A stretch of DNA of 64,000 nt from Pseudomonadales bacterium. Lineage in GTDB: Bacteria > Pseudomonadota > Gammaproteobacteria > Pseudomonadales > JBECKS01. Position 1 is the stretch's first letter. Every line of letters starts with the position of its first letter. The notes beneath the pieces were generated by a model. The model ran no database searches, had not been told where the DNA came from, and was given only the letters and a program-made list of their open reading frames with translations. Below are positions 32,539 to 43,132 of the stretch, piece after piece. The DNA is taken from the NCBI GenBank assembly GCA_965223975.1, contig OZ245031.1, positions 84,145 through 148,144 on the forward strand, given 5' to 3'. The position numbers and the translations under genes were made by a program.

Positions 32539-34923
32539 ATGAATAGCTCAACTCCCTCGTTAAAACTTAGAGTCGAACAAGGTTTCGCCCAGCTCGGCAG
32601 AAATATTGCTAAGCACCCTATTCTCTGGCTAACGGCCTACATCATCATCATTGGTGCATTTGCCTCTCAGCTCGCAAACCTTAGACAAGACACCAGCGTT
32701 GAAGGATTCTTAGAAAAAGGCGCTATCGAAATACAAAAGTACGACGAATTCAAAAACAACTTTGGCCGCGATGAAGTATTGATGATTGGCATCGAAACTG
32801 AAGATGTTTTTGATCAAACCTTTATCGACAATTTGCGTGCCTTTCACGAGCAAATCGAGGCTGAAGTACCCTTCGTTAATCGAGTCGACTCTTTAATCAA
32901 CGCAAGACACACCTATGGCGCTGACGACACGCTTTATATCGAGGAACTTTTGCCCGAAGTCCTACCAAGTGACCCAGAAGAGTTACAAAAACTTAAAGAC
33001 TATACCTACGACAATCCCAACTATGTTAATTTTTTAATATCGAAAGACCGACAATTTGTCGCCGTCGCGATTCAACTCGCTGCGTTTAAATTTATTGAAT
33101 TAGAAAATGGAGAAATCGAAAGGCGTTACTTAGAAGACTCTGATCTTCATCAGGCAATCACATCGGTATATGAGATCGTTGAACAACACGAAGGCAGATT
33201 GGCTAACGGTATAGATGTTGCCGGTTCGGTCCCTATCTCCATTATGCTTTCAAAGGCGATGGAAAGAGATTTTACCGTTTTCACCACGCTAGCCATTCTT
33301 TTAATTAGCTTTGTATTGGCTGTTTTCTTTAGACGAGCCTCAGGCGTGTTTATGCCTTTAATTGTTATGATCCTGGGTGTAGTTGCAACCATCAGCTCAA
33401 TGGCTGTTATGGATACGCCTATGCAGGTCAGTACATCTATCCTGCCATCATTTTTATTAGCAGTATGTGTTGGTGACAGCATTCACCTTCTAACCATTTT
33501 TTATCGCCACTATGACGAAGGCAGCGACAAAGTTGATGCTCTCGCCGCTGCAATGGAGCACACGGGGCTCGCTATATTTTTTACCAGTATTACGACTGCT
33601 GCGGGCTTAGCATCTTTCGCAACCTCTGATTTAACACCAGTGGCGGCACTTGGCTTTTACGGAGCACTGGGTTCGATCATTGCCTTTGTGTTAACCATCT
33701 TTATTTTACCTTGTTTAATTTGCCTACTACCACTCAAGCGTAAGGAACAACGCTACGATAACGGTACTGTCTTGCAAAGCATGTTAGCCTGGTGCGCTAG
33801 AGTGTCTACAACCTACCCTAAGCCGATTGTTATGGTTTCTATTTTGGCTTTTATTGTTTGTGTATCTATTGCCAGTCAGATTCGTTTTAGTCACTGGCCA
33901 ATTGAGTGGTTACCACAAGACGACCCCGCTCTTAAAGCACTCAAGTCTCACGAAGAAAGAATGGGCGGAAGCCTTTCGGTCGAAATTGTTTTTGATACTG
34001 GAAGCGATCGCGGCATCACCAATTCTGAGTTTCTTAAAAAACTAGACGAGATCTCTCGAGAAATCGAAACATGGAAAACCGACACTTATCGCGTGGTCAA
34101 AGTGATCAGTGTTGTCGATATCGTGAAAGAAAGTAACCGAGCGCTTCATGACAACGATGAAGCACACTTTTTAATTCCTGACTCATCTGAGCTTATCAGC
34201 CAGGAACTGTTTTTGGTCGAACTGGATGAGCCAGATGACCTATTTAACATGATTGACCAGCAATACAGACGGGCACGATTAACTGTTCTTGTCCCCTGGG
34301 TAGACGCACTTCATATCTCACCCGCGCTAAAAAGAATTAAGGACTACACCGAAAAAGAAATGGGGCCTCATACTGTTGAAATCGTTCAAACCGGTGTAAC
34401 CCCAATTCTTGGAGCTACCTTTGCTAAAATGCTTTATTCAACCGCAGAATCTTATGGTATAGCTGCGGTGGTGATTACGGTTATGATGATTTTATTAATA
34501 GGCAGCCTAAAACTAGGTTTAATCAGCATGCTTCCCGCCCTGCTACCTATTACCATCGTATTAACAATGTTTACTTTGGCTGGAGTGCCACTTGACATCT
34601 TAACGATGTTGGTCGGATCTATTGCGATTGGTTTGACCGTTGATGATAACGTTCACTTTATGCACGGTTTTAAAAAGCTTTATCAGCAAACAGGTGATCC
34701 GGCTCTCGCGGTCGAACAAACTTTATTATCGACCGGCCGAGCCATGTTAATTACCTCAGTAGTACTGAGTGCAGGCTTTATTATCTACACCCAGAGTGAA
34801 ATGAGAAATATGGCTAGCTTTGGTTTAATGACGGCGCTATGTATTTCTTTAGCATTGGCAGCAACTTTTTTACTAGCGCCTGCATTGATGATGTTAGTCA
34901 ACAAAAAAGAAGAGCGTGCGTAA
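32539..34923 (+). CDS. RND-superfamily exporter (MMPL/HpnN-like, two 6-TM bundles)
   Basis: 794 aa. Two hydrophobic 5-6 TM blocks are each preceded by a large soluble loop. The blocks contain GxxxD-type TM motifs (VCVGDSIHL, GLTVDDNVHF). Confidence 0.8.
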   Translation: MNSSTPSLKLRVEQGFAQLGRNIAKHPILWLTAYIIIIGAFASQLANLRQDTSVEGFLEKGAIEIQKYDEFKNNFGRDEVLMIGIETEDVFDQTFIDNLRAFHEQIEAEVPFVNRVDSLINARHTYGADDTLYIEELLPEVLPSDPEELQKLKDYTYDNPNYVNFLISKDRQFVAVAIQLAAFKFIELENGEIERRYLEDSDLHQAITSVYEIVEQHEGRLANGIDVAGSVPISIMLSKAMERDFTVFTTLAILLISFVLAVFFRRASGVFMPLIVMILGVVATISSMAVMDTPMQVSTSILPSFLLAVCVGDSIHLLTIFYRHYDEGSDKVDALAAAMEHTGLAIFFTSITTAAGLASFATSDLTPVAALGFYGALGSIIAFVLTIFILPCLICLLPLKRKEQRYDNGTVLQSMLAWCARVSTTYPKPIVMVSILAFIVCVSIASQIRFSHWPIEWLPQDDPALKALKSHEERMGGSLSVEIVFDTGSDRGITNSEFLKKLDEISREIETWKTDTYRVVKVISVVDIVKESNRALHDNDEAHFLIPDSSELISQELFLVELDEPDDLFNMIDQQYRRARLTVLVPWVDALHISPALKRIKDYTEKEMGPHTVEIVQTGVTPILGATFAKMLYSTAESYGIAAVVITVMMILLIGSLKLGLISMLPALLPITIVLTMFTLAGVPLDILTMLVGSIAIGLTVDDNVHFMHGFKKLYQQTGDPALAVEQTLLSTGRAMLITSVVLSAGFIIYTQSEMRNMASFGLMTALCISLALAATFLLAPALMMLVNKKEERA

Positions 34924-34940
34924 TTAAAATAATTATTTAA

Positions 34941-35780
34941 CTATTGTCCCATCCAGCTTAGGGTATCTTGATAGAGGGTTTCTCTATTGAGATCGCCCCA
35001 AAGCATGTGTCTATTCTCAGGATAAAAGATATATTTAATATCAACGCCCTCATCGTCCAGACGCTTCACAAACATTTTAATATCATGCTTAAAGATTAAA
35101 GTGTCATTACCACCAAAAAGCATTAATACTTTAAAACCTTTTTCATAGCTGGCTTGAGCGGCCAAATCACCCATCGCTAAGACACGATGAACTAAACCCA
35201 AGCTTGGATTCCTTAGTATTAAATCATCATTCGCGATCTTATCCGTAAAGGCCTTATCGTCGCACTGTCTAGGAAGGTTGTTTACGGACACACCTTTCGT
35301 CGACAATTTGGTATTAGGCATTACACCGCTAGCCAAACTTAGGAGCTTAAAAACAAACTTGCGTCTAGCCGTTGAAACCACCTGCGGGGCCCAAAGCACC
35401 AGACCAGCGAGCATCTTTTGCACCTCACCTTGAGAAGCCAAAATACTGATTGCCCCACCCATGCTCGAACCCATTAATGTAATAGGTTTGCCATCATTGA
35501 GTTCATAAACATGTCGAATGACTTCACGAGCATCCGATACAACATCCTCAAGCTCGCAGGGCTGATTTCTAAGTGGGCTGCGTCCATGGTCTCTGTGATC
35601 ATAAGCGTAAACATCAAAACCTTGGTTAGCGAACCATTCGCCCACATAGGCGTAATTACCACTATGATTGGTAAAACCGTGTAAAAAAACTATTTTTCCT
35701 CTGCAGGTATCAAGTTGGCTTTCCCAAATATGACAAGGTAATTCGAGATTAGCTGATATTGGAATGGCTCTTAGTTTCAT
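34941..35780 (-). CDS. alpha/beta hydrolase (lysophospholipase / monoacylglycerol-lipase-like)
   Basis: FLHGFTNHSG oxyanion region and GSSMGG nucleophile elbow. It lies 14 nt downstream of aroC. Confidence 0.75.
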   Translation of the reverse strand: MKLRAIPISANLELPCHIWESQLDTCRGKIVFLHGFTNHSGNYAYVGEWFANQGFDVYAYDHRDHGRSPLRNQPCELEDVVSDAREVIRHVYELNDGKPITLMGSSMGGAISILASQGEVQKMLAGLVLWAPQVVSTARRKFVFKLLSLASGVMPNTKLSTKGVSVNNLPRQCDDKAFTDKIANDDLILRNPSLGLVHRVLAMGDLAAQASYEKGFKVLMLFGGNDTLIFKHDIKMFVKRLDDEGVDIKYIFYPENRHMLWGDLNRETLYQDTLSWMGQ

Positions 35781-35794
35781 ATCAAAAGATAAAC

Positions 35795-36880
35795 CTATGA
35801 GAGGCGATCAAAGTTCTGCGCTCGATGCCTTAACAGATGATCCATTAATACCAGTGCCGTCATTGCCTCTGCAATTGGAGTGGCTCTTACACCGACACAA
35901 GGATCATGGCGCCCCTTGGTCACCAACTCAATCTCGTCACCCGCTTCGTTGAGGGTTTTACCTGGCACCATAATGCTAGAAGTCGGCTTTAAGGCTAAAG
36001 ACAAACGCAGGTCTTGTCCGCTAGAAATGCCACCTAAAATTCCACCAGCATGATTGCTAATAAAACCATTTTTATCTTGCTCGTCGCGGTGTTCTTCACC
36101 GCGCTGCTGTACCACATCAAAACCGTCGCCAATACTGACGGCCTTAACGGCATTAATACTCATCAAAGCGTGAGCCAGCTCTGCGTCCAAACGATCAAAT
36201 ACAGGTTCACCTAAGCCGGTTGGCATGTTGCTTACGCGCACGTCAACCTTGGCTCCTATCGAACTGCCGTCTTTACGAAGCGCATCGATAAAGCTTTCCA
36301 ATTCCGGTACTAAGCCTTGATCTGGGCAAAAGAAAGGGTTGCTATTCACCACGCTCCAATCTGGATTTTCACAGCTTTGTTTAGAAGCTTTCAAATGCCC
36401 CATCTGGGCCATGTAGCCATTAATATCTATCCCTAGGCTTTGTTTAAGATATTTTTTTGCTATACCACCAGCAGCTACTCGCATGGCAGTCTCTCGCGCA
36501 CTGGAACGGCCACCACCGCGGTAATCCCGGCGACCATACTTCTCATGGTAAGTAAAATCGGCATGACCAGGACGAAAGGAGCTTTTAATTTCTCCGTAAT
36601 CCTTGGATTTCTGGTTAGTATTTTCTATCAACAATGCGATAGAGGTACCTGTCGTTTTACCCTCAAAAACACCAGAAAGGATTCTAACCCTATCGTCTTC
36701 ACGGCGCTGAGTAGAATATTTAGAGCTGCCAGGCTTTCGACGATCCAAATCTATTTGCAGATCGTCCTCTCTCAATTCTAAACCGGGAGGGCAACCATCT
36801 ACGATGCAGGCCAAAGCCTCACCGTGGCTTTCACCTGCGGTACTGACTGTAAAAAGCTTACCAATACTATTACCGGACAT
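35795..36880 (-). CDS. aroC: chorismate synthase
   Basis: 361 aa with the GESHG, GRHDPCV and RPGHADFTY blocks. Confidence 0.95.
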   Translation of the reverse strand: MSGNSIGKLFTVSTAGESHGEALACIVDGCPPGLELREDDLQIDLDRRKPGSSKYSTQRREDDRVRILSGVFEGKTTGTSIALLIENTNQKSKDYGEIKSSFRPGHADFTYHEKYGRRDYRGGGRSSARETAMRVAAGGIAKKYLKQSLGIDINGYMAQMGHLKASKQSCENPDWSVVNSNPFFCPDQGLVPELESFIDALRKDGSSIGAKVDVRVSNMPTGLGEPVFDRLDAELAHALMSINAVKAVSIGDGFDVVQQRGEEHRDEQDKNGFISNHAGGILGGISSGQDLRLSLALKPTSSIMVPGKTLNEAGDEIELVTKGRHDPCVGVRATPIAEAMTALVLMDHLLRHRAQNFDRLS

Positions 36881-36976
36881 AATGATTCTGCTAAGGGTTT
36901 ATTTTGGAAAAAGGAAAGGTCTATTATACGACAAGTTTGCCCCCAGGTCTTTAAACACGCACTTTTTACCGAAGAC

Positions 36977-37897
36977 TTAAGCGCTGAAAGTTTGCTTATA
37001 AGCTTTTAGTTCTTGTGCGCCTAGAGCAAATACCCCGTGGCCACCATGCTCGAACTCTAACCAAACAAAAGGCACGCCAGGAAATTGCTCCATCATGGCT
37101 TCTTGGGAGTTGCCTAGCTCTACTATGATGAGCCCTTCGTCGGATAAATAATCATTCGCTTCGACTAATATTTGCTTAACAAGATCCAAACCATCCTTAC
37201 CAGCGGCCAAGGCTATTCGTGGCTCATGCTTATATTCTTGTGGTAGATCAGACATATCTTGTGCGTCCACGTAAGGTGGATTAGCAACAATCAGATCATA
37301 TTTTCGCCCTTTTAGGCCTTTAAACAAATCGCTTTCAATTAACTCGAAATTGTCACCAAGTTCATACTTTTGCTTATTCTTGGCCGCGACTTTGAGGGCT
37401 GACGCTGAAATATCACTCGCATCTACTTTAGATTGCGGAAAAGTTAAGGCACAAGCAATACCGATACATCCGGAGCCAGTACACATATCGAGAATGCGCT
37501 TGGGGCCTTGATCCGAAAACCACAAACTAAAGCCGTCATCAATAAGCTCGGCAATCGGAGAACGCGGAATCAACACCTCCCGATTAACAATAAAAGGCAA
37601 ACCTAAAAACCAGGATTCTTTAACTAAGTAGGCGATCGGCACCCTTTTTTCTGCACGTTGCCGACATAGACCAACCAACTGCTCCCGCTCTTCGTTCTCC
37701 AAAGTCTCGACAAGAAAATCTTCTTCTACATCCCAGCTTCGGTTTTTAACAAAAATAATTAGCGCCAGTGCCTCATCCCAATGATTATCAAAACCGTGAC
37801 CAAGGTAAACACCTTGTTCTTTAAAGTAGCTCTCTGCAAACTTGAGAAAGTCCTCAACACTGTACCAATGGACGCTATCTATTTGGGATTCGGGCAT
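36977..37897 (-). CDS. prmB: ribosomal protein L3 glutamine N5-methyltransferase
   Basis: SAM motif DMCTGSGCIG and the NPPY motif. The prmB-aroC synteny matches E. coli. Confidence 0.85.
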   Translation of the reverse strand: MPESQIDSVHWYSVEDFLKFAESYFKEQGVYLGHGFDNHWDEALALIIFVKNRSWDVEEDFLVETLENEEREQLVGLCRQRAEKRVPIAYLVKESWFLGLPFIVNREVLIPRSPIAELIDDGFSLWFSDQGPKRILDMCTGSGCIGIACALTFPQSKVDASDISASALKVAAKNKQKYELGDNFELIESDLFKGLKGRKYDLIVANPPYVDAQDMSDLPQEYKHEPRIALAAGKDGLDLVKQILVEANDYLSDEGLIIVELGNSQEAMMEQFPGVPFVWLEFEHGGHGVFALGAQELKAYKQTFSA

Positions 37898-38029
37898 GGG
37901 AATAAACTCTTATCATTGTTTTTTGAAGATTGCATTTTGTGTGTCAGCAGCGTAACTTAACGCATTCTTCGGCCCAGGTAAAAAGGCTTTTAAGTACCTA
38001 ATTAAATTACAGATCGAAAGGTTCTCCTC

Positions 38030-38572
38030 ATGGAAAAATTATTTCACGGCATTCTTGAACAGATTGGTGAAGACACCACCCGAGAAGGCTTAGTTGACAC
38101 CCCAAAGCGAGCCGCTAAAGCTATGGAGTTCCTCACCCAAGGCTATCGTCAGAATATCGATGAAATTGTAAATGGTGCTATATTTGCGTCAGAAAGTGAT
38201 GAAATGGTTGTAGTTAAAGACATTGAGCTCTACTCAATGTGTGAACACCATATGCTGCCCTTTGTAGGCAAATGCCATATTGCTTACCTACCCTCTGGCA
38301 AGGTACTTGGCTTGTCTAAATTTGCTCGAATTACCGATATGTTTGCTAGACGCTTACAGATTCAGGAAAACCTTACTCGCCAAATTGCTCAAGCGGTGAT
38401 GGATGTAACAAGTGCAAAAGGCGTTGGGGTAATCATCGAGTCAAAGCATATGTGCATGATGATGAGAGGTGTTCAAAAACAAAACTCATCCATGACGACT
38501 TCGATCATGTTGGGCACATTCAGAGAAGATCATCGCACACGTACGGAGTTTCTGTCGTTAATTAAGGACTAA
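38030..38572 (+). CDS. folE: GTP cyclohydrolase I (type 1)
   Basis: 180 aa with the [10 protein letters not shown] and HMCMMMRGV blocks. Confidence 0.95.
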   Translation: MEKLFHGILEQIGEDTTREGLVDTPKRAAKAMEFLTQGYRQNIDEIVNGAIFASESDEMVVVKDIELYSMCEHHMLPFVGKCHIAYLPSGKVLGLSKFARITDMFARRLQIQENLTRQIAQAVMDVTSAKGVGVIIESKHMCMMMRGVQKQNSSMTTSIMLGTFREDHRTRTEFLSLIKD

Positions 38573-39452
38573 TATGTTTCTCTAAAAAGGCATTGAGCAC
38601 ATCAGCGACGGACTGAACTCTTTCACGCTCCATATGCAAATGATGCTTGCCTTCTAGGCGAGCAATTTCTGCAGTTTTAAATTCGTTTAATGGTTTCTTA
38701 TCAGCGGACACCTGAGGGGCTATACCTTTCTCTCCAACGATAATTTGAGTAGGCGATACGATTTGAGAACGCACGAACGCCGCCTGTTCCTCACTCATCC
38801 TTAAAGGGCTGGTAAAATTAATTCTTGGATCACTACTCCAGGTATACTTCCCGTCTTTTTCGATACAACCGCGCCCACACAGTAATTCAGCCGCTTCTTC
38901 AGTTAAGGGCCAATACCCTTGCAGCCTAGCTTTAACGAGCGTCTGAAAATCAGCGTAACGTTTTTTCTTGGAGTCAGCGGCAGCAAACTTTTCGATGGAT
39001 TCACGAAGATTTACCGCAGTTTGATCAATAGCTCTGGTAGCTGGTCCAAAGCCTTCTATTAGCAATAAGGCTTTAATTCTCTCAGGAATAGTGCCCGCCA
39101 TGGTCGTTGCCACGTTCGCCCCCATTGAATGCCCCATCAATATAAACTCGTTTAGACCGAGCTCATCGGCGACATGAAAGGCATCAGCAACATAGTCCAC
39201 AAAGTGGTAAGGGACTCCTAATGGTCTATGTTGGCTTTTCCCATGACCGCATTGATCAATCGCAATGATTCGATATTTAGACAACAACGGAGCCAAAAGA
39301 TCAAAACTGGCAGCATTATCCAACCAACCATGCAACGCTAGAATTACGGGCTTCTCTTGGCTTCCCCATATCTTTCCCGCGAACTCTAGATGTCGCGCAG
39401 TTATTTGAAATTCTTCTGCAGACTCACTCACTTTAGAGCTCACAACTGACAC
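38562..39452 (-). CDS. alpha/beta hydrolase
   Basis: [12 protein letters not shown] and the GHSMG nucleophile elbow. Its 3' end overlaps the folE 3' end by 11 nt (convergent). Confidence 0.75.
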   Translation of the reverse strand: MSVVSSKVSESAEEFQITARHLEFAGKIWGSQEKPVILALHGWLDNAASFDLLAPLLSKYRIIAIDQCGHGKSQHRPLGVPYHFVDYVADAFHVADELGLNEFILMGHSMGANVATTMAGTIPERIKALLLIEGFGPATRAIDQTAVNLRESIEKFAAADSKKKRYADFQTLVKARLQGYWPLTEEAAELLCGRGCIEKDGKYTWSSDPRINFTSPLRMSEEQAAFVRSQIVSPTQIIVGEKGIAPQVSADKKPLNEFKTAEIARLEGKHHLHMERERVQSVADVLNAFLEKHISP

Positions 39453-39463
39453 GTACCATATCC

Positions 39464-39931
39464 TTAAGACGCCTTATGCCAAAGCAATGAGAAGCACCCC
39501 AAGTCTGCGTACTCTGCTTCTAACTTCATGACACTGGCACAGGGAAAACGAAAATGCTCTTTAAGATTACCATGGATAGCGAGAGCGGCTAGCTCTGAAA
39601 TAATGGGCAGATGGCAAACCACCAGTGCAGATTCAGCTTCTTCACTCGAGCTAAACAATTCCAGTATTCTGTTAAAGCCCAACTTAGCATCAGCCATCGG
39701 TCTAAGCAATTCACTCTCTGCTCTTTTCGAGACTTCATGACAAGGGAGAATTAACTCAGCGCTATCAACAGCACGCCGAAAATCACTACTGAGCACCTGA
39801 TCGGGAAAGCCATTATTGAATACAACCTGCATCTTCTGACATTGTTCTTTACCTAAGTTATTCAGCATTCGATCTTGGTCACGCGCGGCGGCTGGCGCCT
39901 CACCATGCCGCATTAAATAAAGAGTTTTCAA
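39464..39931 (-). CDS. sixA: phosphohistidine phosphatase SixA
   Basis: 155 aa with the RHG motif (LYLMRHGEA). The gpsA-sixA adjacency is as in other gammaproteobacteria. Confidence 0.75.
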   Translation of the reverse strand: MKTLYLMRHGEAPAAARDQDRMLNNLGKEQCQKMQVVFNNGFPDQVLSSDFRRAVDSAELILPCHEVSKRAESELLRPMADAKLGFNRILELFSSSEEAESALVVCHLPIISELAALAIHGNLKEHFRFPCASVMKLEAEYADLGCFSLLWHKAS

Positions 39932-39932
39932 G

Positions 39933-40976
39933 CTACAAAACCTCTTCGTTTACGAATTCGACATCGTGATTATTTTCACCCAGCATCAACTCTTTTAGGG
40001 CAGATAAAAGATCTTTATCTTGATATAAAACCTCGTGCAAGGCCTTTGCCAAAGGCATATATATTTCTAAGCGATTCGCTTCTTCGCAAACCGTTTGCAC
40101 AGTGGCATAGCCTTCAACCGTTGAGGTAATTTCTGCTAGAGCCTCATCGACACTTTCTCCCTGGGCAATCAAACTTCCAAAACGAAAATTTCTACTCAAA
40201 GGTGAGGAACAAGTAACAAATAAATCTCCCACGCCCGCTAGACCTAAAAAAGTCATAGGGTTTGCACCTTTTGCTGCGGCAAAACGACTCATTTCTGCAA
40301 GAGAACGCGTCATCAACATGCTTCGAGCATTTTGACCGGTTCCTAGAGCATGCGCCATTCCCGACGCAATGGCGTAAACATTTTTCAATGCTCCCGCTAG
40401 CTCAACTCCAAACAAGTCTCGATTGTCATAAACTCGAAAAGTGGAGGATGCTAATAAGTTTTGAACCGATTGATTAAGAACAGAGTCCGAACTCGCGACA
40501 ACGGACCCCGTTAATTCACCCGTTGCAATCTCAGCCGCCAGATTTGGGCCGCTAAGCGCAGCAACCTTAAAGTTCGGCATTTCGTCCTTAACAATTTCTG
40601 TCATCAGTTTAAATGTGCCAGCTTCAACACCTTTCGCGGTCGATATCAAAGCAGTCTGCGGCTTCAAATGTTTTTTAAGCTCAGCTAACAATGGGCGAAA
40701 GGCTTTACTAGGTACCGCAAGGAAAACAAAGTCTACCTCTTGGACAGTAATCGCTAGATCATTACTAAACCGAATGGAAGGATCAAAAACAAAGCCATCA
40801 AGATAACGTTGATTTTTTCGCTCTTTAAGAATGTCCGACAAATGACCTTCATCTCTGAGCCAAACTCGAACATCATGGCCATTCTTAGCCATAATATCCG
40901 CCAGCACACTACCGAAGCTGCCTGCTCCGAGTACCGCTACCTTAGCCGTTTCTAGTGGGGGATCTTCAGACATCAA
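39933..40976 (-). CDS. gpsA: NAD(P)H-dependent glycerol-3-phosphate dehydrogenase
   Basis: VLGAGSFGS Rossmann motif, plus the GALKNVYAIASG and GLAGVGDLFVTC blocks. Confidence 0.9.
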   Translation of the reverse strand: MMSEDPPLETAKVAVLGAGSFGSVLADIMAKNGHDVRVWLRDEGHLSDILKERKNQRYLDGFVFDPSIRFSNDLAITVQEVDFVFLAVPSKAFRPLLAELKKHLKPQTALISTAKGVEAGTFKLMTEIVKDEMPNFKVAALSGPNLAAEIATGELTGSVVASSDSVLNQSVQNLLASSTFRVYDNRDLFGVELAGALKNVYAIASGMAHALGTGQNARSMLMTRSLAEMSRFAAAKGANPMTFLGLAGVGDLFVTCSSPLSRNFRFGSLIAQGESVDEALAEITSTVEGYATVQTVCEEANRLEIYMPLAKALHEVLYQDKDLLSALKELMLGENNHDVEFVNEEVL

Positions 40977-41063
40977 TGTTAACCAAGCTTAATAACTACT
41001 AAGCATTATAGGCTCCAACTTAAAGGATGCAATCCAAGCTAGAACCTAGCTTAAAACGATGAA

Positions 41064-43010
41064 TTAAGCGATAGCTCCTAAGAGTATCTTGTTCATTCTG
41101 GTGACATAGCTAGCCGGATCATCAATAGCGCCACCCTCTGCCAACAAAGATTGATCAAACAACATCATGCAAAAATCCTTAAAACGGTCTTCGTCGGCTT
41201 CCTTATCCATAAATTCAACCAATTGATGCTTTGGATTAATTTCCAAAATCGGCTTCATGTCTGGAACCGCTTGACCTGCCTGCTTCATCATCTGGCGCAT
41301 CTGGAAACCCATATCTTGAGCACTCAACACTAAACAAGCTGGTGAATCGACCAAACGAGAAGATACACGCACCTCTTCTACTTTTTCGCCAAGGGCCGAT
41401 TTAATACGCTCTACTAAGTCTTCGCTCTCCTTAGCCGTCTCTTCTTGCTCTTTCTTTTCTTCTTCACTTAGCTCGCCTAGGTCCAAATCTCCTTTTGCGA
41501 TATCGACAAAAGATTTTCCATCATATTCGAAAAGATTTCCCATCATCCATTCGTCAATACGATCATGAAGCAAAATTACTTCTACACCGCGCTTTTTAAA
41601 TACTTCGAGATGCGGACTTTGACTAACAGCTGCAAAATTTTCCGCTGTAGAATAGTAAATTTTATTAGAACCGTCAGCCATCCGAGAAATGTAATCATCC
41701 AGAGACTGATCTTGCTCTGCACTATTGGTGTGGGTAGTAGAAAACCTTAATAGCTTACAAATTTTCTCTCGATTAGAATAATCTTCACCAGTACCCTCTT
41801 TCAGCACTTGACCAAACTCAGTCCAAAAACTTGCGTATTTTTCTGGGTCCTTCTTGGCGAGCTTGTCCAACATATCTAGGACACGCTTGGTTAATGCGCT
41901 CTTCATGCTTTCTATAGCCGCTGAGTCTTGAAGAATCTCCCTCGACACATTGAGTGGTAGATCACTCGAATCAACCACACCTTTTACGAATCTAAGGTAA
42001 AGAGGTAAGAATTGCTCGGCATCGTCCATAATAAAAACACGTTGGACATACAACTTAAGACCTTTAGGAGCCTCGCGATTATACATATCAAAAGGCGCAT
42101 GAGCAGGAACAAACAGCAAGCTAGTGTATTCGAGCTTGCCCTCTACTCTATTATGACTGTGAGTTAGTGGCCCCTGATAATCGTGAGAAAGGTGTTTATA
42201 GAACTCTTCATATTCCTCATCTTTAACCTCGGAACGTGAACGCAACCAAAGTGCTTTAGCTGTATTAACTGTTTGATATTCTAAGGGCTTATCTTCCTCA
42301 GGCTCAGGCTCCTCGCCTTCTGGAGTCGGCATGGGCGGCACTGGCTCTTCTAACATTTCAATCGGCAAAGATAGGTGGTCAGAGTAGCGACTAATAATTC
42401 CACGTAAGCGAAATCCATCTGCAAACTCTAAATCCTCATCTCGCAGAAATAAGGTAATCTCCGTTCCCCGGCTTTCTTTCTCAATGGCTTCAACACTGAA
42501 ATCGCCTTCGCCTTCGGAGCTCCAAAGAACCGCCTCATTGGCAGCCAAACCTGCTCGACGTGTTTTTACCTCTACCTTGCCCGCAACGATAAAAGCAGAG
42601 TAAAAACCCATACCAAACTGGCCGATCAAATGGCTATCTTTTTTCTGATCGCCACTTAACGCTGAAAGAAAATCTGCGGTCCCAGATTTCGCGATTGTAC
42701 CCAGGTTAGTGATCACCTCGTCGCGACTCATGCCAATTCCATTGTCTCGAATCGTGACAGTCTTAGCTTCCTTATCAAAATCTATTTGTATCTTAAGATC
42801 GGGGTCCTCCTCCAGAAGAGACGCTTCTGAAAGGGATTCAAAACGAAGCTTATCTACTGCATCCGATGCATTAGAAACCAGTTCTCGTAAAAAAACCTCT
42901 TTATTTCCGTAAAGAGAATGGATCATTAAGTGTAATAACTGCTTTACTTCAGTTTGAAAGCCCAAAGTTTCTTTTTCAGAGGCCGTAACGCCGGATGTTT
43001 CTTCGCTCAT
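41064..43010 (-). CDS. htpG: molecular chaperone HtpG (Hsp90)
   Basis: 648 aa with the [27 protein letters not shown] and [11 protein letters not shown] blocks. Confidence 0.95.
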   Translation of the reverse strand: MSEETSGVTASEKETLGFQTEVKQLLHLMIHSLYGNKEVFLRELVSNASDAVDKLRFESLSEASLLEEDPDLKIQIDFDKEAKTVTIRDNGIGMSRDEVITNLGTIAKSGTADFLSALSGDQKKDSHLIGQFGMGFYSAFIVAGKVEVKTRRAGLAANEAVLWSSEGEGDFSVEAIEKESRGTEITLFLRDEDLEFADGFRLRGIISRYSDHLSLPIEMLEEPVPPMPTPEGEEPEPEEDKPLEYQTVNTAKALWLRSRSEVKDEEYEEFYKHLSHDYQGPLTHSHNRVEGKLEYTSLLFVPAHAPFDMYNREAPKGLKLYVQRVFIMDDAEQFLPLYLRFVKGVVDSSDLPLNVSREILQDSAAIESMKSALTKRVLDMLDKLAKKDPEKYASFWTEFGQVLKEGTGEDYSNREKICKLLRFSTTHTNSAEQDQSLDDYISRMADGSNKIYYSTAENFAAVSQSPHLEVFKKRGVEVILLHDRIDEWMMGNLFEYDGKSFVDIAKGDLDLGELSEEEKKEQEETAKESEDLVERIKSALGEKVEEVRVSSRLVDSPACLVLSAQDMGFQMRQMMKQAGQAVPDMKPILEINPKHQLVEFMDKEADEDRFKDFCMMLFDQSLLAEGGAIDDPASYVTRMNKILLGAIA

Positions 43011-43064
43011 AGATATTCCTCGGAATAAAATCAGTGTTTAACTTAGATATTAGATGGCCCTGAA

Positions 43065-43092
43065 TGATAGGGCTTAAATGACTAAATTCAAG
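43065..43092 (-). promoter_or_regulatory. candidate sigma32 heat-shock promoter of htpG
   Basis: The minus strand reads CTTGAA-N14-CCCTATCA (consensus CTTGAA-N13-15-CCCCATNT). It lies about 55 nt upstream of the htpG ATG. Confidence 0.5.
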
Positions 43093-43132
43093 TGCCTGAT
43101 AAGTAACCAAAAAGCTCCCTTAAACCGGAAGC

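Noticed and set aside
38562-38572. 11-nt convergent overlap of folE and the alpha/beta-hydrolase gene 3' ends with no terminator between them
   Set aside because: Short convergent overlaps are common in compact bacterial genomes. Nothing else is unusual at this site.
40977-41063. AAGCTAG-AAC-CTAGCTT hairpin after htpG as a terminator
   Set aside because: The stem is 7 bp and no U-tract follows on the transcribed strand. That is too weak to call.
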